A stretch of 62,617 nucleotides of DNA, counting the filler, from Choristocarpus tenellus KU-1152 (taxonomy: Eukaryota; Protista; Phaeophyceae), in NCBI GenBank assembly GCA_964200185.2. It is 13 parts of 13 records of this genome, joined end to end, with 100 filler letters (N's around TTAATTAATTAA, not from the genome) between each part and the next. Parts side by side here need not be neighbours in the genome. Positions count along the whole stretch, not along the records: positions 35,397 to 38,243 come from CAXNAD020024227.1; positions 38,344 to 41,232 come from CAXNAD020023895.1; positions 41,333 to 45,796 come from CAXNAD020014428.1; positions 45,897 to 51,819 come from CAXNAD020009405.1; 9 more parts are not named here. One strand, 5' to 3'. The stretch's first letter is position 1. The number at the start of each line of letters is the position of its first letter. Positions 36,730 through 50,992 of this stretch are shown here, one piece after another. Below the pieces are notes generated by a model, which saw only the letters and a program-made list of their open reading frames with translations, was not told the DNA's origin and ran no database searches. The position numbers were made by a program, and so were the translations under genes.

Positions 36730-37780
36730 TATAAGGCGGAGCTGATACATATAATTGCAAGTGATCTGTCTTCCAACACCTCACTTATGGTCAGCAATGT
36801 TTTCTAAAATAGTTGGCTATGTCTTTTTGACCCCTGGTCAAGATCTGGTCCGGGTAATACCCGTCCTAAGAAAAATGAAATGAGGGCATCTACATCAGAT
36901 TCAGTGGCTCCACCATCCCTAAGAGGTTTAAGTCTGGCCACGTGAACTATTACTTCACGTCAATCTTTCAAGTGTTCTACACGATAAATAACGGGCACTA
37001 AACGATAAATGCCAGACATATAAACTATCCTTTAAATTGATGATGTTGAGCTTTGGCTGGAATTTCTGTATCAATTACCTGAAATACGTTGACGGAGCTA
37101 ACAAAGAGCACAGAGTCATTTGGCACCCTAGTGGTTTCACCTAATCGATCCATAGACAATTAATAGGTAGGATATTTCTTACTTGCTTTGAGAAGTTACA
37201 TTTGTAGTCTCTGCTCGCGCGTTTCAACATATGTTGGGGGTGTTGATTCAGATTCGTGATTACAGAACTCAAACCGTTGAGGACTTGACAACATATCTAG
37301 GATGTAGTGTAATCTTCCAGATTGATGAACGACAGTAAAATCAAGACTGTCCAGAGCTAGGGTTCATCGAGTTGCTAGATTGGATGTATTTAGCACAATA
37401 TGCGGCCACCATAAGGGTGAATGATTACCAATAACTGTGAAGCGTTTATCCCATAAGTATGGTCTCCAGTGTTGGATTGCCAGAATAAGTGCAAGGCACT
37501 CTTTTTGTGTGGCATGATATTTTCTCTGGTAGGGGGAAAGTAAGGCACAATGATAAAAAAAATCCCGTCTTAATTCTTATGGGCCAAGTACACCCCTGTG
37601 TCAACATTACTGGCATCTACACGTGCAAAGAATCATTAGAAAAATCAGGAAAGCATAGAACTGGAGCCATGATTAAAAGTCGGATGGACTTGTCAAAATG
37701 GTAAAACTGTTATCCAATAAAGGTTATCCACTCCCAAGTTAGGTATGACAACCGCTTGGACGGGCATTGATGAATCTCCA
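36730..37780 (-). pseudogene. Ty3/gypsy pol relic (RNase H plus integrase C-terminus, internally deleted)
   Basis: APVLCFPDFS, VDASNV, YHATQKECLALILAIQHWRPYLWDKRFTVIGNHSPL, LDFTVVHQSGRLHYILDMLS; then VIYRVEHLKD*REVIVHVARLKP. Confidence 0.88.
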
Positions 37781-38788
37781 AGTTGCAGTGCAAATTGAAT
37801 ACGAACAAGAAAAAAAAATTCTACCACCCTCTCCCTCTATATTTTGATCCCTTGCTGGAATCTCCTGATTGGGTGCCTTGCAAAGGGGTGGGGTGGGTCT
37901 GCCTGTGTGTCAGTGATACTACTGGAATGTCAGTAGCAGTAATAACAGTGATGTTCATAAAAGGTTCATTAGTCACATACCCAAGAACTCTTACACAGCG
38001 AAGAAAAACATTCAGCCATGCGAGGGGAGGTTGGAGATAACAAAACGTTGGTGTCTGCCAGCAATATGAAACAGTAGAACAACACACTATAGTCTGAGAA
38101 AAACCTCAACGCACATCCAAGAAAGGTTACAAGGAGCAAGCTATAGCAGAGGCAACAGTGGTGACATGTGTTCGATTAGACTCTTCCAACTCTATCAGAC
38201 AGTTACGGTAAATTATTTATGGAGTAATGGAACAATCAATTAGNNNNNNNNNNNNNNNNNNNNNNNNNNNNNNNNNNNNNNNNNNNNTTAATTAATTAAN
38301 NNNNNNNNNNNNNNNNNNNNNNNNNNNNNNNNNNNNNNNNNNNGGGGGGGGGGGGGGGGGGGAGGGGGGGGGGGTTATACTTTTTGAGAGTCTCACACAT
38401 GGCACTTGCTGGCTCGCCCATTGTGTACTTTCGTGTTGGATTTGTTCGGAACAATTATTCAGTAGTGTATACTGGAGTAAGTTGTTATTCTCAGGACAAC
38501 AATGGGGCACCTTGGAGTAAAGCAAGTCTCATTTAATGACAGTGTTCATTTTTTTCCCAACCATTGACCAAAGACACTGACTCAGGCACTATTCGGGGAG
38601 TGAGTACTCTACTTGGTTGGCGGACGACAAAGACTACGTAGGGTATACCTTGTGACAACATCAATATATTATTAGTAGGCAAGTAGTAGATTCACCTACG
38701 AGAAGATGTATATTTGACAACAGGGCATGGAGGTGGTACAGATCCAGAATTTCTATTGTGTTGATGAAATATGCAGTATGTTGCTCAT

Positions 38789-39285
38789 GAGTCAAAAGTA
38801 GGCGAAAGGTACTCAGAGGTGAATCTTGAGAGTGCTAACAGATATGTGCGAAATTCGACTATTTTCACAAATTTGTACGGTTTTTTCTGAATTTGTATTG
38901 GAAGATTTTGAATCGATAGAGAAATAAACGCCTCAAGGTCAAACTTGAACTTTGTCCATACAAATAAATCTCGGTGAACTGCAAAAGGTAAAGAACAAAC
39001 TCAAAATGCCAAAACGACCTTAAGGATGATCTGGGTACCGCAGAGTTGCAATTTAAGTATGTCAGAAAATATGCGCAAGAGTCGGCTTTTCTTTACAAAG
39101 GGGTCTAGGATAGTTTTTCAATTATTTCGAAAATTTTCGAACAATCGAGGAGTAAACGCTCTCCAGTCAAACTTAGCACTTCATCCATGGAACGATATGG
39201 ATGAATTGCAGAAGATTTAAAAAAAAAATGGTGTATAATGCAAAAATGTCCAAAATGTAGCTACACCTCTTGTTTACTTTGGTTA
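38789..39285 (+). mobile_element. Non-autonomous TIR element family D (about 500 bp), TSD TCAT
   Basis: GAGTCAAAAGTA...TACTTTGGTTA flanked by TCAT (38785-38788 and 39286-39289); homologous to 46921-47300. Confidence 0.8.
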
Positions 39286-41131
39286 TCATGAAGTGACACC
39301 TGGTTGGTCCTTTTTTCCCTGAGGTCCACAGTATCTTAAGAGCTGGGGGGTGTTTAGGTCGGGTTGCCCATTCAGGGCATGATGGGGTGTTGTAAGATAC
39401 CCTAGTTTGATGCCAGTTTTGCAAGTGATTTTCCTTTGGATTTGGTTCAGGGCAGGGGGATGGGAAAGGAAGGTGCTTTCAGATTAAGGAAATTGCCGTT
39501 ACATCTGACAAGTTGACTCAGATGACGTGAAAATCGCTGCAGGTTCGTACGAGTCCCCAACAGATCACTGACCCTCCCTCTAGGGTACTGCGCGTAAATT
39601 TATAGGATAGCAACCCTTCTCAGGAGACCACTTAAGGAATTTCTGAGACTGGTTTGTTCTGGTCGTACAGGCATTAGGTGTGTCCTCTCAACTTGCTGTA
39701 CATTTAGAGAGCACTGCGATGAAAGAAATGTTTTCAAAGTACGCGGTGTTTCCTGTATTAATAGCAACCAACCTTCGACAAGGAAATCTACCTTGAGATT
39801 AAGAATGGCAAATTGAATATTTTTCAATTTGGAGCCATCTTTGATACCTTTAAGAACAATTTACGAGGTGGTCCTGTCGATCCTTTCTTGGTGATTGCAA
39901 GTAGTACGTATTTTTGTAAGGAGACCTGGCGGAGGACTAATCGCCGTGGAGCATGTATATACTCTGGTGGAGTATATACACTTCTGTGAAGTATGTATGT
40001 ACTCGGGAGTATAGACATATTTCGGTGGATTTATGTTTGAATCTCAGTTCATGTTGGACCACTTCATAGGGCCACCAATAATTTTCCTGGGGAATCAGCT
40101 CTTCCAAACCATCAATAGCCAAATACTCGCAAGTTCACTGCATCTGTATGTGATTGCCCAGGTATGAGGGTGAACCTTCCTCGGGTTCCCAACATCTTGT
40201 CGTGATCCCATTCACCTGCCATCAAGAGGAAAACATGACAGAAGTGCTTTGATCAAGGAGGGGAAAGATCCACTCAGACGAGGGCAGGACAATTTGTTTC
40301 TTATTTTATGGTAGTGATACTATGTTTCTGTTTGTGGTCATGTTGCTGGTTGAGCAGTCAGTAAGGTAACCCGGTGATACTGCTGAGAGATGACAGCATC
40401 AACACTCACTACGTAAGATGAATCAGATTTTCCCTCACCCTATGTACATTGTACTCCTAGAGACACAGTTTCACACCTAGTGGAGTTACGTTTGTAACCA
40501 ATACAGCCCATGTACTCCTGTATGCATGAACTAAGGGGTCTACTACTTGTGTGCAAATAGAGAGGGAAGTACAGAGCCCTATAAAACGTTCAGAAATTTT
40601 GTTTTGAAGTACCAATCAAGAATAAGAATGATTTGACCGGTCCTGTTTTTCCATTCAGATGTTTTAGTAGTTGCACTGTACAAGTGTTCCAAAAAAGAAT
40701 ATTCAGTGAAATGCAGCGGAACACAAGGATTTCCGTCTAGCGGGTTCAGGCTAAACGGTACATTCTAGTATGAAAAAAAACAAATCTCTGGGAATAATTT
40801 TTTTTTCAGTCGTGACTGACAGAAAATTCTGGAACCCAACAGAAGTAGCACTGTTCTAGTCAGCTAGAGGAAGATGGTACAGAGAGAGCCGCCATACACT
40901 CTCACTTCCAAAATTCCATCAAGGATCGAGCCCTTTGATGGATTTTGAACCTACAAGGTCAAGAATGAGCAAGAAAAAATGTTTGAAGCTAAATCAATTC
41001 AGGGGTAGGCAGCTTTGGACCCCTCTTGCATTCTGAGCCATAATTGTTTACCTCTGCGAGATACACACTCTATTTCATTGCTTTGGTGTGAACAATAGTG
41101 CATGCAAAATTGACATTCCCCCTTCCACAGA

Positions 41132-41232
41132 GGCTCAAAGTATCTGGGAGGGGGTGACGGCTGTCCATTTGGAGTCAATTTTTTCATGTCGCGATGTTTG
41201 GGTGATTTGGTTGGATATGGCGGATGGAGACT
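41132..41232 (-). mobile_element. MITE family C end (cut by contig end)
   Basis: GGCTCAAAGTATCTGGGAGGGGG; reverse complement of about 55660-55759. Confidence 0.85.
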
Positions 41233-42149
41233 NNNNNNNNNNNNNNNNNNNNNNNNNNNNNNNNNNNNNNNNNNNNTTAATTAATTAANNNNNNNNNNNN
41301 NNNNNNNNNNNNNNNNNNNNNNNNNNNNNNNNAGCTACTTACCTTTACAACACCCCCCTCCCTCCCCCCCCTGAGGGTCATGTCAGTATGAAGATGCGTA
41401 TGCATTGACTATTATAAACCAGTGAGCCCCGTTGCTTGCATGCAGTATGGGAAGATCTCTACTACTAGAACAGGTATATTTAATAAGAACTGCCGCAACC
41501 TAACATCATTGAATTTATGGAGGTCCCATCTCGTAAGACATTTCTCTGTCGGTCCTGAGAGTGCCAGACTAATAACAGCACGTACAGTAGTGCGGCCTTT
41601 GCAATTTAGTCTCTTGAGCGTCATATACTACCTACGTGTGTAATTTACTTCTACTCCGCAATACATAAAATTTACTTGGGTGTACATACACATAGCTCGC
41701 ACACTATTGCATATCCCATTATGTTTCAGGCATCGTACCACTTCAACCATTTTCTGTTCAGTAGTAGTAGATGTTTGCAATGGTAACCTTTCTTTAAGGC
41801 ACTGAGGCTGAAATTGCTCTGGAGTTGTTGAAAACATATGACAAGGATTTTTTTCGAATGGTAGCATTGAAAAATGAGTATTGGTTCGTATGTAGTGATA
41901 CCTATAAACGCTTGCATCATCACATCACATGCTGTTCCCACCTGCCACTAAATCGGATCTGCACACATACCCCCACTCTTGGAGGAGTACTTCCTTATGT
42001 GTACAAATACATATATATAATTGTGTCCAAAGCTCTCTTGTTCTTATGTTAGTGGGTCTCCTAGTGTAGGTCTGCCCTTATCATTCCTGGATTGTGCTCG
42101 GAAAATGACCAGAAGGTTGAGCACGGATTATATATTCCCAAGTATATAC

Positions 42150-42890
42150 ATTGTGTAATGCCTACTGACATCTCGTACACATGTGGTCAAGGGTATGGGA
42201 AAGAAGTGACATTCACTCAACACAACGGACATCACAACAGAGTCTAGATTCTGTCTACTCATCTCAGCAAGAAATCTTTGCAATCGAGAAGGAGGTGTTG
42301 AAGTATCCCACACTAGGCCCGCGGCTTTGGTGCTTTAATGAAGGACAAAGACCAGCAAAGTTAATATTACAAGAAGGCTTATGATCTCGATTCTGCTGAC
42401 TGAGAACGTGGGTAAGACCAATGCAGACTACCATGTGGGATTTGCAACGTCCACATGGATAATCAGAAAATAATCACATCTACTTACCATACGTGCCATG
42501 TATGATATATCAACTGATGATCCATTATCAGGTCCCTACCATACACGAACGTTGTGTAGAGCTCAACTGAAATATACGGAAACATGTATCTGGNNNNNNN
42601 NNNCAGTGGTGTCTGTATTTCCTAATCTACTCCACCGATGGTGTCTATAGTGTATCAGCAGCACTATCTACGAACAAGAGGAACGGTCCCTCCCTATCTA
42701 CCTGGGAAATAATAGACTGATCTGTATGCAGCCATACATTCATTCTCTTCATCCCCACCCAAACTACATACAACTGGGGCACTGTTTTCGATGTGTTCTA
42801 GGCATCTCCATCCTTCGAATCGACATGCATTTTGTTACATACTACTTTGAACAAAGCACCGAGGCATTCATTGCCGTGTATTCAACACAG
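42150..42890 (+). pseudogene. Possible copia RT C-terminus / RNase H relic
   Basis: TNADYHVGF (TRPD-like) and PIYLGNNRLICMQ..HPHPNYIQLGHCFR (IYxDN..H.RxKHI..RxHF-like); heavily mutated. Confidence 0.35.
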
Positions 42891-43449
42891 AGAGAGGAAG
42901 GAAGTATGCTACACCACCAAATATCACACGGATATATATATATATATATATGTATTAATATTCGGTGGGCTGCCAATTAATGCATTTTTTTTCTTCTTTT
43001 TGCTCTCCAATGTCCCCATTTGCTGGACAGTGTTTGGGGGCTAAGTTGGTCAATAATTGTTGTCCATTTTAATAAGCAACACCCCACTCCATTTACTCTA
43101 ATAACATAACCTAGCACCAGGTTCGCACATACAGTCCACTGTCAACAAAACGTTCGGTACCATTTTATTTTTCTCTGTGCTGTCCGTTGTCCAGAAAACG
43201 CCCAATCACATTCTACCCAGAAGTATGTTGTACAACATCATCAATCGGATATCAGATATCAGTTATCCAAAGCAACAACGGCCTGTGCCGCCATTTGATC
43301 AACTACCAGTCTTATCATTTCACACATCATCATGTAGTTTGATCTTCTCAAACCTCGAAATGCTCAGAGGTCGTAGTTCTAAACCAAAGATAAGAGATCA
43401 AAAAATGGAAGGAATGCGTCAGAAGAAGGAAGAATAAATTGTCCAAAAC

Positions 43450-43800
43450 GGAAAACATAGGTTCGCAATACTCGTTCATTACGTCCGTTCGTATCTACCA
43501 AATTTTATTCTGTAATAATGTTGCTCGGTTGTCTAATGAATTATTGGGGTCACTTGATGGGTAAAATCTCCTTCTTGGTCAACAATCTAACTTCGTGAGG
43601 TGGTGGTCAAGCAAAAACATGGAAGGTGGTGCAATCCCATAGAAATACAGAAATCGTGTGTAGAGCTCAGCCAATGTCGTCCACCCATTAGTTGTCTGAG
43701 AAACGGCCGGAGTCATATTTTCTGTATCCAACCTCCCTTCCTAAGGAGAATTGCTTTGCCTTGTTGCAGGCATGTCCCTAAAATGTTGAAGTGGTGTTGT
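43450..43800 (-). pseudogene. pogo/Fot1-type DDE_1 transposase relic
   Basis: AVSQTTNGWTTLAELYTRFLYFY...PPSMFLLDHH matches the DDE_1 SxNGWxT..F..WL..F...LLxLDxH motif; surrounded by stops. Confidence 0.5.
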
Positions 43801-45366
43801 GCGAGCACTACCGTGTCCTACCTAGGTGTGAGTCAATTGTTGAGTGCGTAAGTAATTGCCACTACGATACCAATAATAACGTTTTCTTCTTGCACAATGC
43901 GTACCATATTGCCAACCAAAATCAGCCTTTCATTACCCCAAAGATAAAATGAAAGATGCAATGCACAATGACGATCTACACTTTTGTGTTTGCTTGTTGT
44001 TGTGCTATGTCATACCACATGGCACAGAGAGATCTGTTTGTTGTAGGAGTACAACAAACACCAATAAACAAGACTAGTTATGAGATGAGGAAGCAACTGG
44101 CAAATGCAGTGTCTCCTACCAATTGCGTTTGATGCAGGAAAAACGCACATAAACCACAAATACTCAGTTCTATAGCCATCACACCTATCCGCCTGCAATG
44201 CGCTCTATATAACACAAACACTCCATTCATCCACAGCCGGCTTGTTCCTCCCTTGAGCTTCTGCTGTATATTGTTATGTCTATATATATTTCTCATAAAT
44301 TCCTGCTAGATGGATACTTGAACCTCCCCCCCCCCCCTTCACAAGGTCACGGATACTCCAGGTCTCGGAGAATAACACCAGCACTACTATTCAGTGGGCA
44401 GGTACAATCTCCTGTCTCAGCACTTTTTCTGTCTACAATAGCTCTGTTCAGACGAGATCATCAACACAACTCCTTTTAAGCAAAACTAGCAGTAGTAACA
44501 GCCCCTACAGCATTTTGGTTAGGAGGATGGAGGCCCCGGGGGAGTATAAAGGCATTGAAATTATGGAGCAAGCTGCTTAAGAAAAAACCCCTCAGTACCT
44601 ACCGTGCTGACTCCTTCAGTACACCACATGTAGTGGCAGTAGACTCCCCAAACCTCTGGTTTGAAGTGGATCAATATAATTTGAATTCAAAGTTGTTTCC
44701 AGCAGAAGAGGGATGATACAACAAACGGATCCCTCTGCCTGTCCTCCTTTGGGTTGAAGGTTCAGACCTCCTGTGAGAAGTCACCTCTTGAACCACAGCG
44801 ATTCTTGTCCTCAATCACCACTGAGTGAAATACACACCATACCCCCCGCCTTCACTCTGCACATGACACCCACCTGGAAGTAGCAGCCGGTGAGAAACAA
44901 CCAACCCCAACTAAAGCAGTGTTTAAAAAAAAAGAAGAGAGTCGTTTTTCAACTGTTCTCATTTCACTCAAGCATAGTACTACTGCACCGACAAATTGTC
45001 CATAGCACTAAGTATCAATTAAATAAAAACGCGTCCGTCCCCCTTCTTTTCTTAAAAAATGTTAATTTTTTTTGTAACTAATCTGTTCTTCACAGAGGGG
45101 TCTAGGGTTAGGTCAGGATCACAAGGAGAAAAAAAAAAGTCTAGCATAAAATAGTTGTGCAGCAGAAAAACACGTACAAATATAAAATACTTTTTTGATT
45201 GTAAAAGCAGAAAAAAGAGTTGTTGTTGTTGTTGTTGTTTCAGCACCAAAAGCCAAAAGTGCATAAAAAAAAAAAAAAGAACAGATGAACCTCCTACTTT
45301 AACTTCAAAATGCCTCGGCTCTTTTTTATTTTTATTTTTATTTATAAAAAACAATCTGATTCTCAC

Positions 45367-45650
45367 TCATTCAAACTTCTCCCACTCCGTGTGGAACTCA
45401 CACCAGCCCATGTGCTTCGCCCTCACGAGCAGGGGATAAGCTCCCACCCCAACAACAGTGAAACCCAGGCAAACCACCCAGGTCATCATCGATGCCATGG
45501 ACATGAGGCCGACCACGAAGGCCGCCGGGACTGCCAGCATGAAGCAGCAGCCAGTTGTGCCAAGCGGGATGGAATAGGGGCGGTATATATCCGGTCGCGC
45601 CTTGCGCAGCTTGATGAAGGCTCCAAATTCAAGAAGTTCAGCGAAGCAGT
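45367..45650 (-). CDS. APC-superfamily amino-acid/polyamine permease (PUT/LAT/RMV1-like), last exon
   Basis: (Y)CFAELLEFGAFIKLRKARPDIYRPYSIPLG followed by two TM helices and WCEF; CCTCAG acceptor; stop codon. Confidence 0.85.
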
Positions 45651-45721
45651 CTGAGGGAAGAGGCAACGGAAGAAAGGTACAATCGATTTGAGAGATGCGG
45701 ACAGGTTGGTTGTTAGGGGAA

Positions 45722-45764
<43 letters not shown>

Positions 45765-46920
45765 AGGGGGGGGAGAGAGCGCATTAACCAAAAAAGNNNN
45801 NNNNNNNNNNNNNNNNNNNNNNNNNNNNNNNNNNNNNNNNTTAATTAATTAANNNNNNNNNNNNNNNNNNNNNNNNNNNNNNNNNNNNNNNNNNNNCTCA
45901 TAGCCCCGCTCCATCCTCAATTTTGAAAATCCTCTGTTATTTTGTAATGCTTGACTACAGAGTGCTATGCCTTGTAGTAGGAAGTGCAGGGTCATAGGAT
46001 GTTCCAGATTTCTTGTGTACTCAGTTCGAACTAAAGATACTCAACATAGCGAATGTAACTGAACTCACAGCACATACACATTGCAGATAGTACACTTAAA
46101 CACACACATGCATCCACGCACAGAAAAAATAGCGCCATCACTTCATTTCACAACCCATAAAAACACTGACATAGCATTCAAAATACATTCAGTCAACCGG
46201 TTTTATCTTCATGTATGTATTGAGTAGTATGTGAGTCTATGATTGCTCAAACGACATAAATCTGTATCCATACATATTTTCCCACGAGCCCAAGATGGAA
46301 AAACTGACGAACACGAAAAAAAATGGTCTGCTAGTAGTGCGATCTGCCCCTTCTGCTATCTCCTTGCAGGGTCTCAGCAAAATCTATACTTTTGGTCCGC
46401 AACCCATAAAAAACGACTGCATCGTCATTCAGAGAGAGGTTTATTGTGATAACGATCAGAAATCTAAGCAGCATATGCATGATGAAGAGAGTTCGCTTTT
46501 TTCTTCAACCCCAAACACGGTGTCAATCACTGTATTACTGAAGACTGTCACTCTAATAAAGCCACCTAATCCCTCTTGTAGTTTTCTTTCGTATTTCCAG
46601 TGCACACATTAGTAATACTATGTCGTATCAAACAGTAGTACTGTTTCGTGTTTCGTGTGCCTGTAAGTTAATTAATTTTTGGGTGGTAGTTTGTGGTTGT
46701 AGAGTTAGTTGTACCTCACAGTTGAGTACTTTTCGTTAATTGACTGCGTTTACAAAGTTTGTTTTGCTTCTTTCAAGGCAGCACTGCTTCAAGCCTTTCT
46801 GGTGGGTAATCCGTGCCAAATGAACCTAGGTAGGTGGTATTAGAGATCTCATCTACTACTGCGTGAGCAATCGACTGAGAAAATGATCTTGTTCCTAACA
46901 CACCCCTTGACAAGGACATT

Positions 46921-47300
46921 GAGCCAAAGTAAACGACAGGTACGGAGGTTTTGGTTTTGCATTTTAAGCCAGTTTTTAGTCTTGGACAATTTGCCCGTAT
47001 TTCTATGGATGAAGTGTTATGTTCGACTTGAAAGCATTGATTCTCTATTGTTTGAAAAATTTCGACACAACTCAGAAAATATATTTATTTGTCAGCATCC
47101 CTAAAATGCAAATCTGGGGACCTCTCGTTTACTTTGACTTGTTCTTAGTGTGCTCTTCTTGTGCAACTTACGACCAACCTGTTATGAGGGTCGAATGCAG
47201 ATTAGAGAACAGAGTAACCAAATTTCTAATCTTTCTGGAAATTGGTGAACATAGTTACGCCCGCGTCTTCTCACATAGAATACCCTCTCTCAAGAGATAC
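46921..47300 (-). mobile_element. Family D element, second copy
   Basis: Begins GAGCCAAAGTAAAC; reverse complement aligns with about 38825-39285 (e.g. CACTTCATCCAT, GTTTACTTTGG). Confidence 0.75.
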
Positions 47301-49973
47301 GGTTGATACAATGGAAGACATTTGAAAGTGAGTAGTGACCCTCATTGTTTGCCAAGCACTGAATCTTTTGATGACGCCTCATCATCACACTCTACGAGGT
47401 GGTGTTTGCCAAGAAGATACAGTTTGTTCTGTCATATTTTTTGGGGGGGGTCGTGGCAGTATTCTTACACATTTTGGTATATACCAGAGTATATATACAT
47501 ACACTCTGCGTCCAATTGTGAACTGTGCAAACTCAAACCAAAACACACTACAATAATAACATTGTAATAATGCGTACCATATTCAATGCACAACTAACAA
47601 CCCCAAACCCAAGCACTGAACGGTATATCTAGAGAAATGGGTCCAGGGTTTTATCAGTTGTGGTTGTGTTCTTAGCAGGGACAAATGTGTAGGGTTAGGA
47701 ACACTTGCTTTTTCTTCTGTACAGTGTTTGGATATCTTTACTCGAGGTCAAATCATAGTGGCGGGGTCCAAATAGAGTACAAAGAGAGATAGAGAGAGAG
47801 CTTGGTTCAGGTCTGTGTTGAAGTGTGTATGTAGGGTGGTGGAGCTGAATCAGCCCTTCAACCAAACAAGTCGCAGCCTTGTTCCCTAACCTTGAGCACA
47901 GCGACCCCAAACCCTGCACATTAACCTGGGCAATACCCCGGGCTCACTAGGGGATTAAGAGGAAAGGTAAAGATCTGTAAGTAAGTGTGGTCATGTGCGT
48001 AGCTAGGTGCAAGTATAGAAATAGCTCTCCATGTATTAGTGAGTTGAACTTAGTACAGCCAAGAGTACCCAGCTGAGTACATACATGCCGCGTGAAGGAG
48101 AGTGGGGTGGGGGGTGCAAGTAAATGCAGACAGGGGAATGTGGAATGTTTCTCATTTTGTTCTCTTCTTGTTCTGCTCCATACAGTACCAGTGGTGGTGG
48201 TTTGTTCCCCGCTCTATCAATGTCAGAAATGAAATTAGTTCCCTGTGAACTACATGTATATGGCAGCAACTACGACCGGATGGAATTGAAATCGAACAAA
48301 AATCCTTTACGCCGTAATTGTAAGTTACGCATTTAGTACTCTTTAAAGCTACCCATCCAATCTGAAACACGTTAGAGATTCTTGGTCCAGATACCGCCCC
48401 TGCTTAAACCAAACCTATAACCGAGTGAATCATTAAACCCGCCTGGATTTTATACGTGCCATATACATAAATACAATAGTATTTTTTTTTTGCAGTCACA
48501 TCCATGGTAACACTCCTTGACATGGATATTTCAACTCCCTTTTCAGATGCAGGTCGCTTGTGGCCCTTACCAAAAGGGATACGATCCTCTGCACATCCAC
48601 AATATGCACCATCACACGATGGACGAAACGATCTTTTTCCCAGTATCAACTACCTCACTAGTTTTTCTTCACTTCATGGCAGTGGTACTTACATAATTTA
48701 ATAAGGAAATCAGTTCTGTCCCTCAATATTGTTGGTGTTAATAAACCATTATGGAGTTTTCCGTGGGCATATATACTGGTGTATATATATAATACCGTAT
48801 TTTAAAAAAGTGTAGTATGTACGTAGTGTATGTACTAGTGTAGCACTTACCGATCAACTAAAAACTTCATGAGAAAACAAGCAAATATTTTTTTCTTTTG
48901 TTCAACTTAAAATAAAGACTAAGCAACCAAAAGGGGGGTGCCGCCAAGTTCAAAGGGTTCCTCTGACTTGCTCATTGCCCTTGTTTCTGGACATGGGTCC
49001 ACAGCTGTGGAGAACATCTTGGTTTTGTCAATGCATTCAGTTTGCAGAAGCAAATTATCCTTTTTCGATATCATCGTTTTAAGGCCACCTTTAGAACCAA
49101 GTTGAAAACCCCTAAAAACTCGAAACTGCTAAAACACACACGCTACACACACCTCACGCTTACGCTGACTCAGCAAAAAAAAAGAAGCACCACAAACGTC
49201 CCAGCCCTTACTTTAAACACGGTGATTCTATTTGAAATGAAAAAATAATAATGGAACAAACAGCCAGAAAAACAAAAGACAAAACATGCAGCGACACACA
49301 GAACTTCTACTACTACTGCCCTAGAAAGCGAGCAGAGGTGTAACACACCCAGTAGGGCGCCAAAAATAAGCAGGAAAAAACCCCTAAATGTCAAGACCAT
49401 AGATATCTCATCATAGCTATGTATCATTCTTGAAAAGCACCTTCTCTTCACCGACAGTCACAAAAATCCTGAGCCAAACTTGACCATCAAATATAATAAA
49501 CCCATAAATATATCCCTCAGATGAACACATGCCGTAGAGGAACCGAGCTCATAGTTAAACCTATACTCCTACCAAACTATTTCTAACACAAAACGAGTGA
49601 GCCTAACAAGTACAAACACTCCCCCTGACCAACCCCCTCTCCCCCTTGACACACGCACATCTACCACTGAAGAGAAGTATATACGAGCTATAAAGGCAAC
49701 AAAGAAAATGCTATCGATAGGGACAGCACCTCTGCAGTCAACGATCAACCTTCACTATGTTTTCAACTCAGGCAAGGTAAGGCAAAGCAGACTTGACACC
49801 CAACAAAGCACAAGGCGCAATGAAAGCAAATCCATCACTGAATGCCTTTCAACACACCAAACAAAACATTGAAATGGATGTGTATGCCCATGACTGAATG
49901 CTTTTCACCCAACAAAACTTAGCTGACATAATACATCTCTCACACCCAAGAGTCCAAGGGGGATCTGATGCAC

Positions 49974-50033
<60 letters not shown>

Positions 50034-50673
50034 CAAATCACCCACACATCAAAAACAAACAAAACACAACATCNNNNNNNNNNCCCAAGAGTCCAAGGGG
50101 GATCTGATGCACGTCCCCCCCCCCCTCCCCCCCCCCCATTACCAGTCAAAATCCAAAGTACTACGTATTAAATAGAAGATTATCATGGCAAACCCTTGGG
50201 ATACACTTGGTTTGGCTTGCCTGAAATTCTAAGCCCACGTTCAATGTGTACTTTCCTACAAAAAGCAAAGATATCACTTGATTGTCCCCGGTGAGAGGTA
50301 TGGGTCTCTTCAACACCTCTCAACACAGCACCTCTCTATCTTTTTTCAGTAAAGATATTAACAAGGGAGGCTTGAATGTACGATGGAGAGTGAGCAAGGG
50401 GGGGGTAAGGCAATACACTAGGCTGGGTCTTCAATGGGCAGAGTGAGTCAAAGTCTTTCCGCAAGATGGGGATGTGAGATGTCAGCTCACCTTGTACAAG
50501 AGGAGAGGATCTAACATACGATTGCACTAACAGATCATGGAACCTCCCCCCCCTCCCCCCCCTGTCCTCACAAAGCATACTCACACTGGCATCCCGCAAA
50601 GAAATCTCTCCTATCCAGACCGGACCTAACACCAAACACCACCATGCCATAATCAAAAATACAATATCTTAAC

Positions 50674-50992
50674 CTGCCAAATCACCAGTTTCAACCTCTC
50701 TTCCCAATGACGCTTCCTCGTCTCCTACATCCCCCTTCCCACTGGTCGGTACTGACAGAGGTCCGTCTGATACACTCCCACCCACAACAACAGATGCAGC
50801 CTGTCCCACATTAAGAATGAAATCAATCGCATTCTTGGTAGAAACTCTATCTGCAATCATCACCGGCACTCCATTCGATACAATGTGGTTTACTGTTGTC
50901 ATCTCAGTCTTGTGTGGGTTGCCTTGGGCAGGCACAAGCACAGTCACTCCAAGCAAGATCTCGCTCCTCACGTGGTTCTTCAGTAGCGGAGC
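50674..50992 (-). CDS. Candidate exon of an unknown protein
   Basis: Open frame APLLKNHVRSEILLGVTVLVPAQG...GDLA bounded by a CATAG acceptor and a CAG|GTTAAG donor. Confidence 0.4.

Noticed and set aside
49945-50125. Direct repeat CCCAAGAGTCCAAGGGGGATCTGATGCACGTCCCCC
   Set aside because: Duplicated on both sides of a 10-N gap next to poly-C; probably an assembly overlap artefact
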